A stretch of DNA of 64,000 nucleotides from Octopus vulgaris (Eukaryota). The stretch lies in NCBI GenBank assembly GCA_951406725.2, contig OX597824.1, forward strand, positions 58,280,001 through 58,344,000, given 5' to 3'. Positions within the stretch are counted from its first letter, which is position 1; every line of letters starts with the position of its first letter. Of this stretch, positions 53,912-64,000 are shown in pieces. Below the pieces are notes generated by a model that saw only the letters and a list, made by a program, of their open reading frames with translations, had not been told where the DNA came from and did not search any database. The translations under genes and the position numbers were made by a program.

Positions 53912-54169
53912 AGAAACACACCAATATTAATATACTGCCTTTAATTGCGGAAAGGTGTTCTTTTTACTCACAGTCACTAATACATACTCACTAATCAACT
54001 CACACACACACACACACACAATATCCAATAAAATATGGTCTCACTGAATCCCTTACTACTGCCGAACTAAGTTCACCACACAGTATGACGTTTAAGCTTC
54101 ATTTTATAGTTTAAACTAATAGTTGTCAACCATATTTTTTGTAGCGATAGACGCCTGTAATTCCTATTT

Positions 54170-54372
54170 TACTCGGGTGGACCCCATAACCATTCGTTGT
54201 TTTAAAAATCCTATTATATTTTTATAATTAAATATTATTACGTATTTTACAAAAAATTATTAAAATATTTTGTGTATTGTAAATGTATAACTAGTTTATT
54301 AATTATAGATTTTAACAACAAAATCTTGTATGAACCTCCAAGGACCCTATAAACCCCAGGTGAGAACCATGG
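54170..54372. mobile_element. hAT-type MITE-like fragment
   Basis: Ends CCCCAGGTGAGAACCATG, resembling the reverse complement of CAGTGGTTCTCA termini. Confidence 0.4.
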
Positions 54373-54764
54373 GTTTAGAGTGACGGGAAAAGTGCAGTGC
54401 CTATCATCGTTTGGCCTCCGAGAGAGAGAGAGGGAAGAGAATAAAAACCACAACGCATGTGTTACGGGAAACCAGAGACCTGCTCTGAAAGTTTATAACC
54501 GTGCGGATATAGGTAAATGCACGCAAATGTCAAGAGTGCGGTGGCATCGAACCTGAAACCATGTAACAACAAAGTGAATTCATTAACTACACAGTTGTTA
54601 TACATACTGTGTAACATCCTACACAGTTTATACAGTGTAACACCAAAACACAAACGCCACCTCCACAAAATCCCTTTATTACATCTGTTTATCAATTCCG
54701 TTTGATATTATAATATACTCCAGAACTGCGTCAGGAAGCATAATTGTAGATGAAAGAGCAGAGA

Positions 54765-55131
54765 AAATGGATTAAATCTATTAAAAGTAAGAACAGTGTA
54801 CTAAATGGTTGGACAGGAACTAAATGGTAGGAGAGCAATTTATATGGCAGAACTGTGAATCAAATGCCATAGCAGCTGACAAAATAGCAGAATACAGGGC
54901 TTCACGGTAGAAGTTGGGATAAATGGTAGAATATTGAACAAAATGATGGAACCGGATTAAATGGTAAAATATTGAACTAAATTGGTAGAACACTGGATAA
55001 TATAGTAGAGCATTAGATAAAATGGTAGAACATTAGCTATTTAACTCTTTAAGTGACATAGCGGACTAAATGATAAATTGCTGGACTAAATGATAGAATA
55101 CGCTACTAAATAGTGAAACACGGAACTAAAT
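54765..55131. repeat. Degenerate ~20-21 bp minisatellite
   Basis: Recurrent G(G/A)A(C/T)TAAATGGTAGAA(C/T)A units. Confidence 0.7.
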
Positions 55132-55468
55132 CAGTGGTTCTCAATCGGCGTCCATACGGCCCCAGGGGTACGTATAATATTATTAGGGATTCACACAAGC
55201 AAAATAGTAAATTGGGGATACACAGCAGTATTTTAGGGACTCACGAAAAGTTTTTACTTTAGATGCATTTATCGCATTGAAACAACCTATGTTACCTTCT
55301 CTGACGTTATACAGAGTTCCGATTACAGAGGTGAATATGTGAAAAAGCGAAATGAGAATTTTGAAAGAAGCATCTATAAAGCAACTTTATAAACATCGAA
55401 TGGCTACGGGAATCCACCAAAATCGTAATCGAATGGGTCGATAGGTAAAAGAAGTTTGGGAACCACAG
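55132..55468. mobile_element. hAT-type MITE
   Basis: Imperfect TIRs CAGTGGTTCTCAA / TTGGGAACCACAG. No 8-bp TSD visible. Confidence 0.6.
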
Positions 55469-55842
55469 TAACAGAACTGTTGTCCAAACGGTAAAAACTA
55501 GTCTAAATGATGCAATGCAATTCATACACATTCTCAACGTTCCGCTTTTAAATGCCACAAGAGCTGACAGTGACATACACACAATTTCAGTAAATGATTT
55601 TAACAATAAGTTTCAACTGAATATATTCTTCTTAAATTGTTCTACTCTGTATTGCCATTATGGTGCTGCTTTTGCTGCTGTGGTTCGCTGTGAAGTGTCA
55701 TGTTAGAGTTCACTCAGCTAATTAATACTTTTATTTTCAGAAATACTTCATGGAAAATAAAAATTATTTCCTTTTTACCTGGAATTGGAGGAAACTTTGA
55801 ACATATGGTAGAATACGTGTTCTATCAACCTAAGGAGAACAC

Positions 55843-56000
55843 TCTTTACGTTCTGAGTTAAAATTCTGTCGAAGTCCACTTTGCTTTTCATCCTTTCGGG
55901 GTCGATAAAATAAGTACAAGTTGAGCGCTGGATTCGATGTAATCGACTTACACCACCGTCGGAAATTGCTGACCTAGTGCCAACAATTGAAATCAATATT
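55843..56000 (+). mobile_element. SINE family B
   Basis: TTTTCATCCTTTCGGGGTCGATAAAATAAGTAC. Confidence 0.8.
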
Positions 56001-56649
56001 TAATAATAAATTACAAGTATACATCTTGCCAACATAAATCTTTCGTAACTTCCTGGCAATTTAATCTTAACATAAATAGTTTAATATCAGCCACCCAGTC
56101 CGACGTGTTACAGAAAGGAACTCATACCTGTTGTTTAGAAATACAGTGGAGCTATCATGTAAATATGTAGACAAACAGAATAACCAAATAAAATTTTTTA
56201 AAAATCAAAAATCAAAATGGTAAATCAGACTTCAAAGAAACTTTATTAGAACAGTTTCGTTTATACGAGTTAGGTCAGGACTGATTTTAGACAAATCGCA
56301 TTAATTTCTTTCATATTTCCAAAGGGAAAAATGCATGTGTCAAAAACACTAGCAAACATCAGGTTTTACCATTATGTTTGCTAAAGATTATACAGAACTT
56401 TACAAAAAAAAAGGGTAACAACAGTATAAAAATTCAAAAAGAAAACGAAATCTATTTAAGTTTTAGCTAAATCCAATAGTCGATTTGCATTATTAATGAT
56501 GGGTAACCTACTAGTTGAAATCTACACACGCACACATATCTATCTATCTATATACATATATATGTACACACACGCGCACACACACCTACCTACCTACCTA
56601 CATACATACATACATACACACGTACATTCATACACATATGTTTGGGCGT

Positions 56650-56689
<40 letters not shown>

Positions 56690-58539
56690 GATTCTCCGTT
56701 TAAATCACCGTGAGCTTTTATATCTGTGCTCTATTTCATGCGACACTTTAATATCTAAAGCATTGGAGAGCATAGGCAGCCATGCCGACATAATCATTGC
56801 TATTGGCATTTAGGCATAAATATTCTTTTTGAATTGAGGCATTTCAAGGAAAAATCATTATTCATGTATGGTCTTGAGCAAATGTCAAGGCCTTTAAGTT
56901 CCCAAGTGACTGTGAACGTCTTATGTATTTAAGGAAATATATTTTAAACATATGTTCTTATTCCACTCTTTCCCCTTTTTGTTTCTTGACTTCTTATGTT
57001 TTTCATCTTTTCACTACGCATACAGACAAGCACACACACAAACACGCACACACAAACACGCACACATCCATATGTATATAAATGCACGCACACATACAGA
57101 ACCATATAGATATTTACATATGTGCACATATTCAGACATAAACATCACACATGTATATATATATATATATTCGCATATTTATATGCATATTGTAATACAT
57201 GTTAAAATAAATATATCATGCACTTGTTTATATATACGTGTGTACATATATATATATATACACGCACAGACATATGCACACACACGTATCATAAATAATA
57301 ATAATCATGAATGAGAGAAATATACAATGATAAAATTTATTTTACCATTGGAAATACTTATTTAACGACAATTGATTTACAGTTTAATAAACGTGTATAA
57401 ATAATTCATTTTCTTATATTTTATAATAAATAAATTACCTACATATCTGTATGAATGTATATACAACCTTTAAATTAATGCAAATATTAAGCTAGCGCTT
57501 CATAATCAAATCAGTTTTCTATACATGTTTATTAAACTGCGAAACAATTGTTAAATAAGAATTTCCAAGGAGAAAAATGAATTTTAGCATAGTATATTTT
57601 TCTCCTTATTTATAATTTTATACACTCCTTATGCTTTTCTTTTGTATTGTACTATATACTCCGTGATTGCGGAATGATACATTAAGGAGCCTTTTTATGA
57701 GTAGCGCCGAATTAGTTGAATCCATTATATTGGGATTTATGTATGTATGTATGTATGTATGTATGTATGTATGTATGTATGTATGTATGTATGTATGTAT
57801 GTATGTATGTATGTATGTATGTATGTATGTATGTATGTGTGTATGTATGTATGTATGTATGTATGTATGTATGTGTATATATGTGTGTGTGTGTGCGTGC
57901 GTGTGTGTGTATAAATTGTATAAGTAGAGTCAACAGGAAGGAGTACGTTTAGACAGCTATTTAATAAACACTACACATATTTCGATACAACATAGATCCA
58001 CATATACACAGGATTTAAATTAAGCAACGGTTTATCTGTATAATGGGATCCAGTTGTATCTCCTCGGGTGATATATAATCGCCTTCTCCGTAGTTAATCT
58101 TTGACTTCGATGGTAACACATCCAACTGGCTCTTTTGAATCTAGCAGTCGCTGGCAGTTCCATTCTGCTCGCTGTGAACGTGCCTCTACACGCTCGACAT
58201 GAACGACGTTGTATACTTTGGTTGTCCACTTTGTTTCAAATGTTAGGTTGCACATACTAAATTTTATTATTTCGCAAATACACTGACACATACGCTCATA
58301 CATATACAATCACTGACACACATATACACACAACTACATCTCTGCGCGTCCCCCACACATACACACACACAAGCACACACACACATATATATATATATAT
58401 ATACACATATATACGTACATATATATGCACATGCACCCCTCCCCCACACGCATTCCGATCAATGAACACATTTACACCCATACATAGTCGCCCATATTTG
58501 TTTCCCCCTTCTTTATTTTGTTTCTCAGGTTTTCCTTTT

Positions 58540-59750
58540 TTTTATTGTTATTCGTTTGTTGATGTCATTCGTGTTATGTGTGTATTCTACCTTATTTGCG
58601 TTTGTGTTATTTGGGGTTTCATTATTTTCAAACCTGATTTTCCCTTTATATACCCTAGTAAACGCTTCATTGTAGTATCTCTTTACTTGTTTCAGTCATT
58701 TGACTGCGGCCATGCTGGAGCATCGCCTTTAGTCGAGCAAATCGACTTATTCTTTGTAAGCCCAGTACTTATTCTATCGGTGTCTTTTGCCGAACCGCTA
58801 AGTGACGGGGACGTAAACACACCAGCATCGGTTGTCAAGCAATGCTAGGGGGACAAACACAGACACACAAACACACACATACATACATATATATATACAT
58901 ATATACGACAGGCTTCTTTCAGTTTCCGTCTACCAAATCCACTCACAAGGCATTGGTCGGCCCGGGGCCATAGCAGAAGACACTTGCCCAAGATGCCACG
59001 CAGTGGGACTGAACCCGGAACCATGTGGTTGGTTAGCAAGCTACTTACCACACAGCCACTCCTGCGCCTATAGCCACTCCTGCGCCTATATGGTGCATGT
59101 TGATTGAATATTTTCTCTGTGACTGATAATCTTGATAATTCAGGTGGCTATGTTCTTAATTATTTCCTTAGTTATGGATGGTGGGTGATTGGAATTGACG
59201 TTTATGTATCTTTAGCACTCATTAGGTTTGTGGTATGGTTCATACATGTCGCTTTCCAAATTTAAAGTTGCATCTAGAAAATTTACCTTACGGTAATTAC
59301 AGTCTATGGTAATAGAAAGGCCGAAACGTCTAAAACATTCATGGATTTCTTTTGTATATCTTCCTATCTCAATTTTTGTACATTTTTTTAATAGGAAAAG
59401 AGCATCGTCTCTGTATAGACCTCTCGTTATCTGTGGGAATTCTGATTGGACCTCAGATAAAAAGTAGATTCCAACAATATCTGTTACTTGAGTGACTCGA
59501 ACCCATTGTTATATCAAAGGAATTAGCCCTATCTGACCCCATCCATTGTTTGTTATAACAATTTGACGAGCTGCTAAAATTATGTCCACGTCTGTCCTAG
59601 ATAAACTAGAGCTTTTCATTGAGAGAATAAGAGCTGTATTTAGTACTGTAGGATTAATCGTGGAATAGTAGCTGTCTATATCTAATTGTATAAATTTGGT
59701 TTTTAGTTTTCTCTGCTCTCATATAACCATCTTTAGTTCTTAGTTTGGAC
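58540..59750 (-). mobile_element. Penelope-like RT remnant (YRDD type), interrupted by a SINE
   Basis: Minus strand FDITMGS, VTDIVGIY, GLYRDDALF, VNFLDATLNL, YINVNSNHPPSI, FNQHAPY|YNEA. Confidence 0.82.
58678..59089 (-). mobile_element. SINE family A, full length, 18-bp head duplication
   Basis: A/B boxes and tail as in 7986-8398. Confidence 0.92.
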
Positions 59751-59752
59751 AT

Positions 59753-59829
<77 letters not shown>

Positions 59830-60072
59830 GTTTTTACATATACGTCCAATGTGTGTATTCGATGGACAGATTAATCTCGGATGGGGGCATATGGTTCAGT
59901 TCTATCATCTATCCCTAGATTTTTTACTATTTCTAATCCCTTTTTGTTTATATTATCTAAGGTGGAGAGGATTATTCTATGCGCAACTTCATTGTCACCC
60001 GAGACAAAAGGATGCCAACAACATATGCTTACATAATACATATATACATACATACATACATACATAAATACA

Positions 60073-60163
<91 letters not shown>

Positions 60164-61373
60164 CCATGTTCGTAGTCTGTCTCTCTCACTATCTGTATAT
60201 TTGTCTCACTGTTTGTCTGTCTGTTCATCTATTGTATATGGTTTAATATTTTCTGCATTTCCACTGAATTCAGATAAATTACGGTCCCAGTCTAAAGTTT
60301 CGAAGCTGTACGGTTGAAATGGTTTAAGTGTGGTTTCACGTATTTCACTGTGGTTTCACTGGTGAATACCTACTATTATATTTCACTGGTGAATACCTAC
60401 TATTATATTTCAGTCTTCGTATCTGAAATATATTTGTAGGTATTCAACAGTAAATGTAATACATGATGATGGCTAACTCTAGCAGAATTAATCATCTGAA
60501 AACGGTTATGGGATATACGATAAGTCACAAATAAATCCATTCCCTCAGCGATTCCTTCATTCACTCATTCTCTTTGAGAGATTTCGTGAAATTATCTCGC
60601 TTTTCTTTGAAAGTCTCCAAGAATTGCCACTAGGTTCATATTTTCTTTTTCCAGTTAAGAAGGAAATAGCAATAAAATAAATATGTTTCCCGTTTGTCAT
60701 TCAATACCTCACTTCTTGAATAATTTTTCTAAATCTATGCGATTGGCCTATTTCATTCATTTCCGTTCATTCATTGTGTTTTTTAAATTATGTCAAAATG
60801 ATGCTGGCAATATCATCAAACATTTGCGTAATTTTCGTCAAAGTCTATAATAGTTGTTAAGCGGAATGCGTGCCTATAGAATATATATATATATATAGTC
60901 CCAGCTATTGGACATTACAGTAGATAATCCATATTCCTGTCCCTAATGTGATAATTGCTCTTTTGTGCAAAAATGGGTTCCTTTCAGTTAATGCATCTTT
61001 TGAACAACTCACTTCCGCTCAGTATGAAATTGGCTTAGTCATTCCTTCCCCACAATTTTGTCCAGCTGTTATTGATTTCAAATGGGAGGACTTCTCATAC
61101 TCTATCATGTCACAGATAAGAAAAAATATTATAAGGTCATACTTTTGTTACCGTTATCGTTGTTGTTTTTCCTTCTGTTGGCAGCACAGACGTCACGATA
61201 TACATTTCCATACATTCATGTATAATAGCTATGTGCAATGTCTAGAGGAGATTTTACATTTTATTTTACGTGATATGCTCTTTTCAAAGTCTACAGTAAG
61301 CGTTAATGTTTTTGACACTCAGATGTGTGTGTGCGTGCATGTATGTGCGCGCGCGCGCGTATGCGTGCGTGTA

Positions 61374-61414
<41 letters not shown>

Positions 61415-61879
61415 ACGCGCACATACGTGGGAGTGGAAGAATAAAAAATATCAGTCACGCATAGAAAATCAGTAGTACAAACTATTGACAATGCCACGGC
61501 AGTGTGATGAATAAATTGACGTCAAACTATTTAATAATTACTTAATTGATTAATTCACAAGAAAACCAAAACGGAACTACAAGGGCGTGGGTTTATTGGC
61601 AGGTTGACCCTACCAAATTACAACACTATCCGGTTCAACATAAGACGTAACTTAAAAGTGATGGGAAGATGAATTATCATATATATATATACACATACAT
61701 CACCTTGATCCCCTTGACCGACCAGCACGCCGTCCACTCTGGATCGCGCCTTCCTCATCCACGTGGTCCTAATCGCCCTCCTAAAACCCTTTCCAACGTA
61801 AACTTAGAACAGTTACCCGCAAGCTTAAATCTTCTGATAGACCGATTCTCTTCACTGATAAAACAAAAAGTTTATATAG

Positions 61880-62800
61880 AGTAAGTTGTGACAGATAGGC
61901 ACAGTTCCTTAACAACAGCATGAAACAGACGTGCAGGAGGGCTACCCCACAGGCGTACGATAATATTAACCAGGAGGCTAGAGATTTAGCTTTTAAACTA
62001 GGCACAAAATATAGGGTAGAGACGCTAGCGAAAAAAGAGGCCTTCATAACGATCAAGGATCATAAGCCTAACTTTGCCTCTAACCCTAAATGCAGGCTGA
62101 TAAACCTGGAGAAGTCTGAGATCGGACAGGTGAGCAAAAGGCTCATCAGGAAGATCAGTAACGGAGTTAGAAACGCCTTTGATCTCGCCTTATGGCGCAA
62201 CACCAACAAGGTCATCATATGGCTTAAGGCCAATAGTGGCAGGAGTAGAGCTACCCACCACCCCAACACATATCCCGCACACAAATTGTACACCCCACAG
62301 ATACACAGACCACCCCTACACACATACACAGACCCCCCCCACACACACACACACATACATTTCACATTACACACCGAACGCTAACATGAAACCCGCCGTC
62401 CCACGGCTATATTCTTTACAGATAGAAAACAGACCAACGAACACAGCTATATATACCTACACGCCTAGAAAAAAATTAATCCTGTGGCACCACTGCACAT
62501 ATCATACATCCCTCCTCGACAAGAACACCACATTAATAATTCACAACTTCTCCACTGCAAGATAACTCCTAACCCAATCCCCTCACCCTTTTTTCGTTTC
62601 ACAGCAGCCGCTAGCTGGTTGTGCTAATCCACCTCCGACAATAGAGAGCAGCAGCCATATTCCAATTCCAAGTCGGCTAACTCTGATGAGCGTAAAGTCA
62701 TGTAATTGGATTGTTACGTAACACTCCATCGTATTCTTCACACGAAACCGATAGGTAGGATCAGCCGTGATGAATATTTAATACTGTACATTTCGGATAA
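61880..62800 (+). mobile_element. Penelope-like element fragment with 3' hammerhead
   Basis: AFITIKDHKPNFASNPKCRLINLEKSEIGQVSK...LWRNT is a PLE RT N-terminal motif. Hammerhead downstream. Confidence 0.82.
62674..62767 (+). ncRNA. Type I hammerhead ribozyme, canonical core
   Basis: CGGCT..CT-CTGATGA-G...C-GAAA-CC-GATA-GG-TA-GG...AGCCG. Confidence 0.72.
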
Positions 62801-63189
62801 TACACGCCCCCCCGCCCCCACTGGTTTCATGTAATGAGTGCTCTTAACAATTATGAATCCAGCCACGTGAGAACACTGATAGTCATCTCCATTTTAGATA
62901 AGAAAATGGAAATGAGTACCAACGTTACTCCTGTGGTAGGCTCAATGGTGATTAAGAGAACATTCATTACATGAAACTATCAGAGCCTTGTTAACCCACA
63001 AAAAACATAGTTATCCATCTTTTCAGTGCTGAGCACTCATTCTCATTGTTTGATATTAGCACACACACACACATAAATATGTGTGTGTGCGCGCATGTAT
63101 GCATGCTGTAGTATGAGTTCATACATATATATATGCGTGCGTGTGTGTGTGTGCGCGCGCGCGAGCTGAACCTGCCCGAGATGCATGGA

Positions 63190-63750
63190 GAAGGACGAAA
63201 CCGTCTTGCTGGCAACTGTTCAGTGTGCATGCGTTAGCGCCCTGTTGACTTGTGCTGAGCAGCTGCCATTTCCTATAAGACTAGTCCAGCTGTAGCCGAG
63301 CTTATAGAGAAAATTGAGGTGCGACCTTCTTTTAGTAGAAAAGAGAGTCAAATCTTTCCCTGCTTAGTGGTTGTGGCAATAGAGGCAGCATGGTGGACCA
63401 ATCTGAGAGGTCGAAGACAAACACTTCCCTACCTGGACAAGCCCTCATTAATTTCTTTAAAAATTATTTGAAGAGGAAGGTGAGGGAAGAGGAGGTGCTG
63501 CCTTCTAATGTGTTTATGAAAAGGTGTACGAGAGTCGCTAGAATGGTGAAGCTGAATGGATTTACTCTGAGTATGCTTTTCTAAGTAGGGGGAAAGAAAT
63601 TGGGAGGTAGCAGTTTGCATGCCCTGGGAGGGCAAAGTAATCCGAGACGTTTTGTGTTGGATTTACCCCCGAATTATCCTTTGTGGACTACCCCGCTATT
63701 GGGGATTCTATTGATTAATTATCTATTTTTCTAATTTCTATTTATATATC
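63190..63750 (+). mobile_element. Tx1/L1-like 3' fragment (copy D)
   Basis: QALINFFKNYLKRKVR matches QSLINFFKYHLKRKVR of copy C. Confidence 0.75.
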
Positions 63751-63854
63751 CTATTGTTGTATGCTTTAATGTTGAGCTGTTTGCTCTTGATCAGTATAGA
63801 CCCTACCTGTTTTGTGCCTTGTATCTCGTCCTTATAATAATAATAATAATTATA

Positions 63855-63935
63855 ATCCTTTCTACTATAGGCACAATGACTGAAATTTGTGGGAGGAGGA
63901 TAGTCGATTACGTCGACCCCAGTGTTTAACTGGGA
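63855..63935 (-). mobile_element. SINE family B 3' fragment next to (AAT)n
   Basis: CTTTCTACTATAGGCACAA...GTCGATTACGTCGACCCCAG. Confidence 0.7.
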
Positions 63936-64000
63936 TGTAGTCTTATTCATTCGCAAAATGAGCCCCCTTTAATTTTGCTCAGATTGTTTTCAATTTTGGT

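Noticed and set aside
58032-58309. Complex-sequence island with short minus-strand ORFs
   Set aside because: No recognisable protein or clear splice sites.

Overview
AT-rich, repeat-dominated eukaryotic DNA. The SINE types and microsatellite load suggest an octopus/cephalopod genome (inference). Most six-frame ORFs are microsatellite artefacts. Host-gene signal is limited to two probable final exons (1191-1245 and 2809-2862, plus a likely 3' UTR). The rest is mobile DNA: three R4/Dong-like RLE LINE copies, four Tx1/L1-like fragments, one CR1-like LINE, four decayed Penelope-like elements (PLEs), mariner and hAT-like derivatives, and many tRNA-derived SINEs. Two things stand out. (1) About nine minimal hammerhead-ribozyme motifs, in which core positions 3/8 appear as all four Watson-Crick pairs (C-G, U-A, G-C, A-U); several lie in long fold-back palindromes embedded in (TA)n. 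(2) A ~9 kb (AAT)n 'landing pad' (20.8-29.6 kb) where SINE, R4/Dong and Tx1-like elements are stacked between AAT tracts. All motif calls were made by eye; no searches were run.
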